This document shows positions 1 through 13,400 of a stretch of 64,000 nucleotides of DNA, piece after piece. The notes under the pieces were generated by a model that saw only the letters and a list, made by a program, of their open reading frames with translations, was not told where the DNA came from and did not search any database. A program made the translations under genes and the position numbers. The first letter of the stretch is position 1; every line of letters starts with the position of its first letter. The stretch is from Camelus dromedarius (lineage: Eukaryota), in NCBI RefSeq assembly GCF_036321535.1, contig NC_087436.1, positions 10,664,001 through 10,728,000 of the forward strand. Direction: 5' to 3'.

Positions 1-958
1 CACCATGAGTACAACATCAACGCTCAGGGCAGAGGAAGACCCTGAAGAAAGGAGAAAGACCATTGTCACCAGGAACCCCACTTGAGGGACCGTTCAAGAC
101 CCAGTCTGTGGGCCAAGGAAATCACCCCGTTTCAGAACAACAGAGCAACCCTGAGGATGACTGCAGAGCACAGGATCTGGGCGAGGCTCTGCCATCACTC
201 TGCAGCTACACTCCAACTTTAGAAGGTAATGTAACTGGTACCCAAAAGGAAAGAAATAAGGTCACACCAAATATTAATCTGGTGAGAAATATCAAAATCT
301 GATACACAGGAGACATGTTAACACCTCTCTCCCTCAGTCATTGATAGATCCTACACATTAAAAATAAATAAGAAATAAAAGACAGATTGTTTTATGATAT
401 CCACTTGATTTAAAAATTATGCACCAGGCACTGTATTCTATAACAGAAATACATATCTTTTAAAATATTGAAATATTTTTCTAAAGCAAATCTGTTAAGA
501 AGTCATGAAGAAAATTTCAATAAATTGCAAAAGGAAGAAATTAAATGTCATGTTCTAAAAATAGTTTAACAAAAAGATCTATTGATAATGAAGTTTGGAG
601 AGGCACCCCAAGACCACAATCACTTGAAATTTTAAAAAATATATAACCCATGGGTTAAATAATAAATGCAAATAATAAAGTAAGAACTACTTGCAAGCAC
701 TGTCAACAAATACCAGCATGAAGTGCTATGTGACAGACAAGGGCTAGCAACCAGAGATTCATAAATAAATAAAAGACGGCCTGTCCACACGTGTTTTTAC
801 AGTCAAATAGGGAATGCCGTTTAAAAGACAATTACAATATAGTGTTACAGAGAGAGTGTAGATATGACCTCATACAAAAACAGCATCTAACTAATTCTTG
901 GAATTTCAGGGGAATTTGTTAGAGGAAATGATACCTAAGCCATGAAATGCTAACAATA

Positions 959-989
959 TGGTGTGTGTGTGTGTGTCTGTGTGTGTGTA
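959..989. repeat. (TG)n microsatellite
   Basis: Direct reading. Confidence 0.9.
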
Positions 990-1029
990 GGATCTCAAAA
1001 AACAGATGAAAAAAATTTTAAATGACCCA

Positions 1030-2450
1030 AAATGTGCATCTTTGTTATCCTTCTCCTCTCACTCCAGAGTGACATATGTTACAAAGTAGCCGCGCTGACA
1101 GGGAGAGAAGCTATACGTAGCTCAACAACATGGTCTTTCCTCTTCTAGGCTTGTCTGGCCACCACTGCTGGGTACCCAACCTGCTGCAACAAACACCAGC
1201 AATGAACCCTCAATTATTGTACCAGCAAGCCAAGTGGCAGTAGGTTAGTTGCACTGAATCTCTTCTATCATGATATGGACAGTGAGTTTTACTCACTGGA
1301 ATAGACACTTATTCTTGGAAATGCATTTGTCTTCCCTGACCGGAATGCAGGTCTTCATACAACATTGGTTTTCACCAAAGAGCAACAAAAGGTTTAAGTC
1401 AGGGAATTCACCTTCCTTACGATGTGCCCTGTTTGTTTGTTACTCAGTGGCAGCTCACCTGACAGAATGGTAGAGTGTGTGGGCTATTGAAAGCTCAGTT
1501 CAAGCAATCTGTGAAGCTGGAGTGCAGTCGAATAGGACGTGGTATATAGATTAAATAAGGTTAAGTGCAAAATGTCCTGTAGCTATGTCCTAAAGTGATT
1601 CCTCTCTTAGACCCAATAACCTACGTGAAGAATTTTTACTTTCATTACTCAAAACTTTTGTCTTTGATGGTTCAGAGTTCTTAGTTCCTGAGGGTGCAAT
1701 GCTCTCCCCAGGGTATAAAATACTGTTTTAATTTAGCTGGGCATTGAAACTGCTACCAGTCCACTATTGAATTCTTTCCCCATTGAACCAATTCATAAAG
1801 CAGACAGTCGCTTTGCTGGTTAGGTTGATTGATCCCAATTATGAGGAGAAAATTGGCTTATGGATATACACTAGGACAGGAAGGATTATGTCTGGAACCC
1901 AGGGGATTCTCTGGGGCTTCTCTTGTCATTCCACATTCAATGGTAAATGTTAATGGAAAATTACTACAGTCCTATAAATACCCGACTGCAGAATTTAAAA
2001 CTTTCTGGAAATGAAGGTTTGGGTCACTCCTCCAGAGAAGAGTCTTTACAAGCTAGGGTTCTGGCTGATAACTGTATGGTCAAGAAGGAAGTTATAGAAA
2101 TGAGGACATTAGCAGTAAATTTGTACAGTTTCCTCATTTAATTGAATATATTAACTTACTTTTCCCTCCTTTTTCCCTCTAATATTTTTTACTTTAAAGT
2201 ATCATTTTTAGGTTAAAATAGACCCATCGGGAGTATTAATAATCACAAGAGGAATTGCTCTTCCTAGAGATGGACATGAGGACTGATGAAACATTGTTTC
2301 TCCCTTTTGGGGAAGACGGTAAGAGCCTTTCATTTGTATGAAAATGATTTTATCATATTAGGCAAAACATGAAAGTGTTGTTATTGTTGCAAGGAAACTA
2401 TACATGCATAGAAGGCTGAGAATAGACACTGAGAGACCAAAGGTAAGGGC
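1030..2450 (+). mobile_element. Degraded ERV-L internal region (integrase followed by dUTPase)
   Basis: LTGIDTYS at about 1292-1315 (ERV-L integrase GIDTYSG motif) and LIDPNYEEKIGL...VNVNGKL at about 1825-1965 (ERV-L dUTPase-like); many stops. Confidence 0.8.
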
Positions 2451-3010
2451 CAGCTTGACCTTTTGTCTCTCTGCTCTCAGCTTCCATTCCTACTTTTCTG
2501 TGCTCTGTTATATTATAAGGAGTCCGTGACACCACGAGTGACATTTCTAAGATTCCCTTGGTTAAACTTCCAGTAGGAGGCACACATTGAAAACCAGAAG
2601 GCAAAACAAAGGGAAATGTGACTCTCTTGGCTTCAAGTTTTTGGCAGCATCTCCAGCAGGACAGTGCAGCACACATTTCAGCACTGGAGGAGAGAACAGC
2701 GGCAGTGAGGGATCCTGGAAGCTGCTTAAACCAGGGCAAGCTCAGGCATCTGGAATCCAGCACAGAAGCCTTCTCAGCACAGTACCCTTTGTGCATGGGA
2801 AAGCGTTTGTCTCTCCAGCCCAGAAGAGAAAAACCAGTTACCAAATCTTGAGTTGCTTTTTTTTTTTTCTTCTTTTTGCCCCATAACTTTATCTTACTCC
2901 CTTTGGCCCCTCCAGTTCTTTCAACACTGTTGTAACAAACAGAGTATTAATCTAATATTTTCTGGAAACAACTAGACTGATTTTCGTTATCTAATTGGCA
3001 CATGTCCCTG
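2450..3010 (+). mobile_element. Probable old ERV-L-class LTR adjoining the internal fragment
   Basis: Position directly 3' of the ERV-L pol remnant and LTR-like composition; family not resolved. Confidence 0.4.
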
Positions 3011-3539
3011 TTCACTCATCTAGGTTTCAGTTCAAATGAGGGAGGGACATGCCTGATGGATTGAGAGGCATACTTAAGATCGAGGGATTACTTTTCAAGT
3101 CACCATTTTGGACGTATGTCAGCTGTGCAGGACATGCCTGTAAGGGGGAAGGTGGCCCAGGATGCTAAAAAGGGCTGAACTGTGATGGGGCAAAGGAAAA
3201 AAATAATTAGTTGAATTTCTAAGCCTCTCTCAATTACTAAAGGTGTGTAACACTGATTTTAAAGCCAGCAGTCTTCCATGGGGGAGGGGAGAATGACACT
3301 GTCAGGACACAGGTATGGGGCCAACTGAGCTAAGACTTCGGTGGAGGAAAACAATCGAGATCACACAACGCAGCCCAGTCCAATGTGCAGCCAAGGTGGC
3401 CCAAGAGGGAGTCACAGGATCTAACAACTCAAGGAAGCACAGAGTAAGACTGCAATCCAGTGATGCCAGAAGTCACATTTTACCCATTAATGTGATGCCA
3501 CAGGGTTATATAAACCCTCCTTTTTAAAAACCAATTCTC

Positions 3540-4130
3540 AGCTGAGAAAACAAGGGCGTCAAGATAAGAGACCACCTACAAGTAGCCACAAAGACTGAGA
3601 ATTATCTGATATTATTTTCATATAAAAACTGCCAAAGATTACACAAAATATAAGCTCCTTTAAGAATATAAAAGCAAATACTGAAACCAAACTTTAGGCG
3701 AATGGAATTCAGAACCATGACTAATTGCTATTTATTGCAAGACTGCAAAAAAAAAACCCAACACTATTAAACTATTTAGAAAGTTATCAATAAAATATGT
3801 TATAATTGAGTCAAAAGAAAAAAGCATCCGTGATCATCTTGCTGCTAAAAGCCATTTAATAGCCATTTAATAGTATTCAAAACACATTTCTGAGAAACAT
3901 TCTGAGTTCAATGGAAATATAAGGGTGTATTTTACATTATGAAAGATAGCTTTAGCATAACAACACTGCTCTGCCAAAGAAATTTTAATAGTAAACAACC
4001 AAAAGCAATCCCATTAAAGGCTGGGTATAGCTAAAAAATACCCATAGCATCACTAATATTTAATAATGATCTAAAAGCTTCAGTTGATTCAACAAAATGC
4101 TAACGAGAAAAAATACCTTTAGTAGATGGA
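3540..4130 (+). mobile_element. Old L1M ORF2 (RT region) remnant
   Basis: A-rich; resembles the L1 ORF2 HMIISIDAEKAFDKIQH-coding stretch near 3820-3890. Confidence 0.6.
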
Positions 4131-4159
4131 AAGGAGAAAAAAAAGTTATAGGAGGCCTC

Positions 4160-4390
4160 ATGGCATAGAAGTTAAGACCTCAGACTTCAAAGGCAGATGA
4201 CCTGTGTTATGTACAAACTCCAGGGTCTATTCTCCACCAACTTTGTGACCTTGAGCTAATTACTTGACTCCTGTCCTTCAGCTTACTCAAATGTAACGTA
4301 AGGATAGTAATAGTGCATATCACAAAGAGTTTTTGTAACAATAAATGAGTTAATAAAGTATTTTTTAACGTGGTAATTGTGTTTGCTATC
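4160..4390 (+). mobile_element. MIR SINE
   Basis: Core tgtgaccttgagctaattacttgac...cagcttactcaaatgtaa. Confidence 0.75.
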
Positions 4391-4849
4391 ACTATATAGA
4401 TGTATACACACACACACACACATATGATAGGAATATAAGCCTGGAAACAAAGACTTGTCTGTTAATCTAATAAAGCTAGTATATATGATTGCAGAAGATT
4501 GCCTAAAGATCTCATATGGATATTATTAGCAATAGCTGGCTAAAAATATAATTTAAAAAGATACAGATATTATTAGCAATAGCTGGTTAAAATATGATTT
4601 AAAAAGAACTCCTTTATGATCACATTGAAACTTAAAATGTCCAGCAATAAACAAGATATCTTTGGATCCAGTGTTTCCAGAATTACAAATCTTTACTATG
4701 AAAAGTAAATTGAAAATCGTTTTTATAATTTTTTAAATGAGTGGGATAAATATTATAAATATATAAATTAAAAAACATTTAAATATAATACAATTCCAAA
4801 ATGTTTTCCCTATCTTCAAACTTGATGTAGTTCAAATTTATAATTTTCT

Positions 4850-5010
4850 TTTTTTGTTTGTTTAAGTATATAGTCAGTTTACAATGTGTCGATTTCTGGT
4901 ATACAGCATAATAGTTCAGTCATAGAGACACATACCTATATTCGTTTTCATATTCTTTTTCATTACGGGTTACTACAAGATACCAAAACATAGTTCCTTG
5001 TGCTATAATT
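4850..5010 (-). mobile_element. Short young L1 3' end
   Basis: Reverse complement of the L1 3' terminus seen at 10000-10155. Confidence 0.8.
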
Positions 5011-6726
5011 TTCAACTTTGATATATATCACTTCTCTAGTTTGAAAGGGAAAAAGCATTACTATTAGTATTGCTATTGGTTTGTAATTTGTCTCATACCT
5101 TATAGAGGGTAATGATATGGAGAAAAAAAAGTTGACTTGGTTTTATTTCTGCCACCAGTGATCAAACTTTAGACACATCACAGATCACGTTGTGCAGGTT
5201 TCTGACCTTTCAAAAACAGATGACCACAAGATCAATTTAGACTACATAAAAATATGCTTTGAAATTTAGAACGGCTAGTGCAATTTATAAATAAACCCTT
5301 GCCTTTTAAAAGACAATAAAATTTATAATGCTTACTCCTCTTATTTTATAAAATAAAGAAACTGCACCCCAGAGAAACCAAATGGATTTTCTGAGATGAT
5401 AAAGTTAGTGGCGAAGCACTGACAGAGATCTATTTCAAGTATCTTTCTGATCACGTGCAGGGTGTGGTGAGATGTTCCAAACATACTTGGGGAGAGTTTA
5501 ACACCTCTGAAAACTGGTCAGGGACAAGGAAGACCAACAGTGACAGTTTTCACATTACAGAATATGGAATAATTATTGGAGATCCACAAAGTATCCAATA
5601 CACAAGAAGGCAGAGAAGAAATGATACATTGGAAGAATTTATGTCTATATTACTTGGGAAATAAAAGTAATGTCATAGAAAATGTTTTAAAAATAGGTTA
5701 AAGTAATGGCCACATTATTTTTTAAAGACTTTTAGTTTAATACTTAATAATGTTTAATAAATTAAATGCTCATGAAATTATATTTTAAAAATCTAACTGG
5801 TATTTATTAAGGCCTCTTGTGTGTCATGAAAAGAACTTAAAAACCATGAAAGGATAAAGGCTGATCATCACCATTTTACAAACAGGTTCAACCTGACTGA
5901 GACTAAATAAGCACCTGGTCTAAGGCCAAGGCCACTCAATGAGGAAGTATGAGAATAAAGATCTAAACTTAAGTTCACTCCAAAGCTTGAGCTTTTCATC
6001 GACCGCATGGTGTTAGAAGGCTTGATAGAATCCTCAATATTCTATGTACCTAAAGGGTACAGTAAGGTTGGAGCCCCTACCTGGTTTCCAGTCCAAACAC
6101 TTTTGGCCAGCAGTAGCATCATCTTAGCCACGTTATCTAACTCCTCTCAGTTTCAGTGTCTTTTTTTGGAATATGAAGGTACCAACAGTAGTAATTCCCA
6201 CCTTAAGGGAATTAAATGAATTGATATAAAAACCATTTAGAACCCTGTGTGATACCCATATTTTATTTTAATGGCTAGAACATATACAGCATTTCTGTCC
6301 GTAAAGGTAAAAAGCAGCACTGAAACTATAAAACCAAGCTTTCTGCACCCCGAGAGGTGGGAGAAAGCTGGCAGTAGCCACAGCCCAGCAGCCATCGATG
6401 AAGGTCGAGACAGGAGGGCTGAGGAAAGCTGTGACAGTGGAGAGCTGTCTAACTTCAGCCAGGAGGAATGGCAGATTGGAGAGCTGGGTGAGAAAGAAGA
6501 GGCAGTGGTCTGGATGCATATACCATCTGGGAGGAAAGGGGCGCCCTCATATGCAGAAACCAGCCACGTGGGCTTCGCAGGGTAGATGCTACTACTCCAC
6601 CCACCAATGACAAAAATGAAATTAAGTAAACATAACTGTGAAAACAGCAGTCAATCAATATGGAACTTCCATACTATGATGAACATGCCATCAAGATGCA
6701 GCTCCTAAACATTAAAAAAGCAAACC

Positions 6727-7005
6727 AAGAATATAGTTCCCTGTGCTGTACAGTACAAACTTGTTGTTTACCTGTTTTATATATATTAGATCTACAAATC
6801 TCAAACTCACAATTTATCCCTTCCTACCTGCTTCCCCCTCTAGTAACCGTAAGTTTGTTTTGTCTGTGACTCGGTCTGTTTTGTAATTGCAGTAACTTAT
6901 GGTAAAAAAGAATGTGAAAGTGAACATATGTATGTTCACATATGACTGAAGCATTATGCGGTACACCAGAAATTGACACAACATTGTGAACTGACTATAC
7001 GTCAG

Positions 7006-7025
<20 letters not shown>
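6727..7025. mobile_element. 5'-inverted L1 3' fragment (minus piece then plus piece with poly-A)
   Basis: 6727-6890 antisense L1 3' UTR; 6890-7025 sense terminus with A-tail followed by (TA)n. Confidence 0.75.
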
Positions 7026-7040
<15 letters not shown>

Positions 7041-7559
7041 TATAAACAAGCAAGCCAACATAGAATGTCAGATTGTGAAAGAATTTTCATCTAAGAACAC
7101 ACTGATGGAGTAACCACAATTGCTTTAAAATCACTTAATTAATATTGGGCTGCTGATTTTCCTATAATTTCCAAAAGCAAACACAAGAATTATCAAAGTC
7201 CACAATTTCTTACTCATCTATATTAAACATAAAATAATGAATACATTTTCATTGTAAGAGAAAGCCAAAGTATGTTAAATTCTAGAACAAGCACCTTGTA
7301 TTTTTTCCATGTTACCTTAGGCACATCATTTTCCTTCACTTTGCTGGACATTACTTATCCATAAAATAAAGAAAATAAAAATTTCCCCTCAGCGCTATAG
7401 TATCAAGATTATAAAATGAAATAATATATATCAAAGTGATTTTTGGATGTTATAATACAATTAGAATATATTATAATTGCTAATAGCTTATTCTGAATAG
7501 TATGTTATTGTAAACAAGTCACTAAACTTTCTATCACAGCAAATATTCTAAAAATAAAG

Positions 7560-8760
7560 CCATAATGGAAATACAGCAAAATTTTTAAATGTATTATTGA
7601 AAAGTATAATGCTGCAATAAACATGGGTGTGCATATATCTAGTCAAAATCTTGTTTTCACTTCCTTTGGGTGTATACCCAGAAGTAGAATTACTAGATGG
7701 CATGGTAGATCTATTTTTAATTTTTTGAGGAATCTCTATTTTGTTTCCCATAGTAGTTAGATTAACTTACATTCCCACCAACAGTGTATAGGGCTCCAGT
7801 TTTACAGTAACATCATCAGCCCTTGTTGCTTCTTGTCTTCTTTCGTAATGATGGCCATTACAATGGGTGTGAGGTGATCTCTCATTGTTGCTTTTATTTG
7901 CATCTCTCTGATGATTAGTGATGTTGAGCATCTTTTCATGTACCTGTTGGCCATTCTGATGGCCTCTTTGGAAAAAATGTCTACACAGTTGACCACTGAA
8001 CACTGCAGTACCCCCATGCAGATGAAAGTCCACATGTAACCTTACAGTTGGCCCTCCATATCCATGGTTCCTTATCCACAGATTCAACCAACTGTGGATT
8101 GTGTAGTAGTATACTTATTGAAAATAATGTGTGTATAAGTGGAATGTGTGTAACAGATCCTTGAAGAACACAGGTTCTTTATCAACTGTTTTTAGTTCTT
8201 CTGCCCATTTTTAATCACATTGTTTTCTTTTGTTGTTATTAAGGTGTACTTGATATTTATATATTTTGGATATTAAGCCCTTATCCAATATATGGTTTGC
8301 GAAAAGTGGTATATGTACACAGTGGAATATTATTCAGTCATGGAAAAGGAGGACATCTTGCCATTTGTGGACAATATAAATGGATCTTGAATATATTATT
8401 CTAAGCGAGATAAGTCAGCCAGAGAAAGACAAATATGATATCACTTACATATGGAATCTACAAAAGTCGAATCTATAAAAAACAGACAGTAAAATAGTAG
8501 TTATCAGGGGATTGGGGCTGAAGGGATAAGATTGATGGTATTTAAGGGAACAAACTTGGAATGAGTAGTAAATAAGCTGTAGCGATCTAATGCACAGTAT
8601 CATAAATGTAGACAATTATATTGTATAACATGATGTAACATGATAAATATTGCTTTACTGACAATCACATTACAATACATAAATGTATCAAAGTAACACA
8701 CTGTACACCTTAAATTTATAAAACATAATGTGCTAAATTTATCAAATACAAAAAGAAAAT
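7560..8760. mobile_element. Older L1 3' region with inversion (minus 7560-8295, plus 8300-8760)
   Basis: Minus [33 protein letters not shown] (L1 ORF2 C-terminus); plus-strand 3' UTR follows. Confidence 0.8.
7985..8190. mobile_element. Tigger-family (TcMar) non-autonomous element nested in L1
   Basis: Termini cagttgacc...tcaactg, resembling Tigger2/MER28-type TIRs. Confidence 0.65.
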
Positions 8761-8892
8761 GAATAAAATTATGCCTCTATATCTCCTCTTTTCTTAAGAG
8801 TATGCAAAAACAAAGTTGAACACAAATTTAAAAAAAGGCCAAAGGTAGAGAAAACACAATTAAGAAACATAATGAGATAGAAATTTGATATT

Positions 8893-10157
8893 GGGAAAAC
8901 TGGACGGCTACATGTAAATCAATGAAGTTAGAACACTCCCTCACACCATACACAAAAATAAACTCAAAATGGTTTAAAGACTTAAATATAAGACAAGACA
9001 CTATAAATCTCCTAAAAGAAAACATAGGCAAAACATTTTCTGACACAAATCTTAGCAATGTTTTCCTAGGGCAGTCTACGTAGGCAATAGAAATAAAAGC
9101 AAAAATAAACAAATGGGACTTAATTAAACTTACAAGCTTTTGCACAGCAAAGGAAACCATAAGCAAAACAAAATGAAAAACCACAAAATGGGAGAAAATA
9201 TTTGCAAATTATGCAACTTACCAAGGTTTAATTTCCAAAATATATAAATAGCTCATACAACTTAATAACAACAACAAACCAATCCAAAAGGTACATGAAA
9301 AAAATGCTCTATATAACTAATTATCAGAGAAGTGCAAATCAAAACTACAATGAGGTATCACCTCACACCAGTCAGAATGGCCATCATTCAAAAGTCCACA
9401 AATGATAAATGCTGGAGAGGGTGTGGAGAAAAGGGAATCCTTCTACACTGGTGGTGGGAATGTAGTTTGGTGCAACCATTATGGAAAGCAGAATGGAGAG
9501 TCCTCAAAAAACTAAAAATAAACCTACCACATGATCCAGCAATCCCACCTCTGGGTATATATCTGGAGGGAACTCTAATTCAAAAAGATACGTGCACAGC
9601 AATGTTCACAGCAGCACTATTTGCAATAGCCAAGCAACCTAAATGTCCATCAACAGATGACTGGATCAAGAAGTTGTGATATACCTACACAATGGAATAC
9701 TACTCAGCCATAAAAATTAATAAAATAATGTGATTTGCAGCACCATGATGGACCTAGGGACTGTCATTCTAAGTGAAGTAAGTCAGACAGTTAAAGAAAA
9801 ATACCATATGATATCACTCATGTACGGAACCTAAAAAGAAAAAGAAAAAAAGACACAAATGTACTATTTACAAAAGAGAAACAGACACAGATATATAAAA
9901 CAAACTTATGGTTTCTGGATGGAAAAGGGGTGGGAAGGGATGTACTGGGAGTTCAAGATTTACAGATACTATTATATATAAGATAGACAAACAACAAGTT
10001 TCTTCTGTATAGCACAGGGAACTATATTTAATATCTTGTAGTGACCTATAATGAAAAAAATATGAAAACAAATTTACGTATGTATATGTATGACTGAAAC
10101 ATTATGTTGTACATCAGTAATTGACACATTGTAAACTGACTATACTTCAATTAAAAA
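8893..10157 (+). mobile_element. Young 5'-truncated L1 (ORF2 C-terminus and 3' UTR)
   Basis: ORF 9332..9679 [19 protein letters not shown]...PHDPAIP is L1 ORF2; A-tail; long flanking duplication. Confidence 0.95.
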
Positions 10158-11203
10158 GGGCCAAAGTTAGAGAAAAGACAATTAAGAAACTTGAGTCAGA
10201 AATTTGATATTCTATACTAATATTGGATATTATTTCACTTTGTATTCTTAAAGCAATATCCATTTAATAATCTGGGCATTACTCTGCAGTCTTATTGTAT
10301 GCAAGAAGAAACAATGTCCCTATCAGTATAAGACAGATTGAAAGAAATTCATTTAAAAACATTTAGTGACTGCCATTCCCAGGAATCTAAATGGTGTTAC
10401 TTTACTTTGTCTAAACTATTTTTAAAAAAAAAAATCATTGAAGCCTTCATAGCAAGAAGAAAAATCTTGGAAGCCTACTAATAATTTAGTGTTGACACTT
10501 CTTATGGAATGTTGATTTTACTTTTCACAGAAACATACTGAGATGCTGTTCACTGTAGACATATAAAAAATTATGTGAGGCTTATTATACTACAGACATC
10601 ATTTAGCATGTAATACCTCACAGCAGGGCATCGAGACCTCAGAAATGTTTCTTTGAAATTTTTACCGTAAAAAATAAACATAGGTAAAGATCTTTTACCA
10701 AGGGAGTCTGTGACTCCAAAGGAGGGAGTCTATCCTAGGATTTATAGCTTCTCTTTCGAAGGTTGATGAATAGAATAGAACAGATCTTTGCATATGTATT
10801 GGAAAAAAATGTCGTATCTTCATTTTCACTGTCCCCTAACTGAAAATTTACCATTTTCTTGAATTATAACTTCAGTCAACAAACCACAGAAGGCTTAGCA
10901 ACACTGATGAACTTTTCATCATAGACACTATTTTCATTTTACAATTTTGTTACAATTATGTAAAGTATGATACACACTTATCAAAGCTTCAAAATTACTT
11001 TGTTATTAACCATCTGCCTAGATCTTGTTGTTCACTGCATTACAATGCCTGTCTATGATGACATCACAAATTTGAATTCCTCATGTTTTGATAATTGTAT
11101 TTTTTGTAATCTGCATTTGATTATATGCCTTTAAAAATACAAAAACATTATTTTGAGAGAGGATGCATAAACTTCACCAGATTTCCAAATGGACCCTTGA
11201 TAC

Positions 11204-11786
11204 TGTAGTGACTCTGTACTGTGTCCACTGAGCTAGGACAAACAGCATTTCTGAGTGCCCCCTCCCCTGTATGACTCCAGTTAGTGTGACCCATGGAGAC
11301 GAACTGGGGAGATTTGCAGGCACAGGTGAAGCAGCTGCCGTACTGGTTTTGCAGAGCAGGGCGGGGCAGAGTCACCTGGTTCCTGTAGACTTTGTGCAGT
11401 GCATCTTACCTAGTCATCCTCCCTCAGCCTCTCCTGGGCCACACTTGTGTTTGGTTTTGTGGTGACGATGGGCACCAGTTTCTCCTGTATGCCACCTATC
11501 TCACCAAGGTTGAAAGCAACGAAAAGTAAGAACTATGACTTCCAATCCATTTCCGTTGGTTTCAGCAAATATTTGTGAGTTACAGCTCACTCTTTCCCAT
11601 GTGTGTTCATCTTCTCTTCCCAGCTGCCTGTTGTGTGGATTTAAACTCTAGGATCACACAAAGACAGCAGCCTTACAGACATCTTTGACCCTGCCGCTAC
11701 AATTATTTAAATCCTTATAAAAAGCTCTTTTAACAAACATATATATTTTTCTAAGTTTTCAACTCCTCTGACTAAATACTGATACA
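11204..11786 (+). mobile_element. Solo ERV-L-class LTR (LTR33/MLT2-like)
   Basis: Starts tgtagtgac, ends ctgactaaatactgataca; GC-richer than flanks. Confidence 0.6.
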
Positions 11787-12249
11787 GCACAAAAATTATA
11801 TTTAGAAGTCCTGTTTTAAAACAAATTTACATATCATCATGAGACACTGATAATTATTAAGGCTATTAAATTAGCTAACATTGAACCTAATTTCAGAGGT
11901 ACAGCCTGACACTTTCTGATCATGAGAATGTATGTAAGTTAACTTCACAAGAAAACAATTTAATCACAATTTAGTCACATATTTAATCACATGTTACATA
12001 TCCAATGGTTCCAAGCCAGGGTATATCAGAAGAAAAACCTTGAAACAGAGAGAAGAGAAAAGAAACACGCACCAGGGAGTGTCTATTTCAAGGAGTGAGA
12101 AGGAATTATTGAAGAGCAGTCCTCAAATGTCATGACTCAATTCAAGAGATAATTTAATTCTGCTTCTAGTTAAGTTCTTAATACAGTTTGGTCTTATCCT
12201 ATAGCATAATATTCAGTCTTATACTTCAATCTTATTCTAGAATTGTTTT

Positions 12250-13400
12250 CTTTTTAAGAAATTTATGTGATTTTTTGGGTGTCACAACATGAGTGACAAG
12301 ATAACATCCGCAATATATAGGAACATATTCCCAGCCATTTTAAGAAAGAATGGAGAGCTTTATGTCTGTCTTCAATCATAGAAGAGAGATGTACTCAGAT
12401 CAAGATTTGAATGTGATGCAAAAAATCTTTTGACCGATTTTGTGCAATGGTTGAGGCTGATTATCTATGTCCCTAACTCTTATCTGACCACAAACATAAG
12501 GAGTAATGCATTTAGACATATGACCATTTTGCCTTTAGACTAACAACACTGAGGAACTACTCAAATTAACCTTTGGAAAATTTCATGTAAATGGGCCAAT
12601 TTTTCTCCATTTGATTCCAAATGATGCAGAGTTTTCTGTACCATTGCAAAGCAGAAAAGGTATCATTTGGTAGACTTAGCATTTGAAATGTGACCAGTGT
12701 TGGATTTGTGTGGCGAACCCTTGACACACAAATGCCTGTGTTTGTCATTATCAACAATGCTTCGATTCACAGTCTCCTCAAAATATAATACAACAGAAAA
12801 TCTGAAACCAGTATTCTCAGCATAAATCAAAAGTCTTCCTGTACACATTCCTTAATTCACAGAAGACTCAACAAGTGGCGAAGGTGGACTAACTCGTCTG
12901 GAAAAGTCAGAATATTTCAGTGGACTGATATTTATGCACTGTTTCGCTACCGTGTAAATTTGCAAGGAGCTCATTTTCATTTGTTTAATAATAAAGTTGG
13001 AATGCAGAACATTTGATGTTCAGGAGATTTGAGACTACATGCAGCAATAACACCTCTCAGTCTATGGATAGAACCCTTTTTTTCAATGTCTGTAATTTTA
13101 CACATTTCTTTGTCATAACATCTTCCACGTTGATGACTTCACCGAAACAAAATCAGTTTGAGATAAACTATTTCTTGGGAAAGCCTCTCTCATTTTCTCA
13201 GAAAAGTATTCTATCAGCTCTGTAACAGGGCCAATGACTTGAGGCATATGAAAAAGCAGCGAAGCATAAAACCCTTTTCAACACCAAGTTCAAAGCAGGC
13301 CATAAGGTGAATTCATTAGTGTGAATGTTAAAACAAATGAAATAGAAAGTCACAGTTGTTAATTATGCTGAGAAAACAAATTAGAGCTTGTTACACTCAA
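12250..13400 (-). pseudogene. Fossil cGAS/Mab-21-type nucleotidyltransferase domain, copy 2
   Basis: In order: LSIINNCDFLF; TNEF(D)LMACF at 13320-13301 after restoring one G; IEYFSEKMREAF about 13208; CVKL...RVLSID 13071-13060; F*L-FPDELVHL about 12912; IKEC about 12853; IS..*LKT 12375 followed by W. Confidence 0.65.

Noticed and set aside
2398..2886. 148-aa and 99-aa overlapping ORFs
   Set aside because: They lie in probable LTR sequence, with no recognisable domain or splice context.
6268..6658. Cluster of 67-104 aa ORFs in a purine-rich stretch
   Set aside because: ORFs on both strands, no recognisable homology or convincing splice sites; likely compositional.
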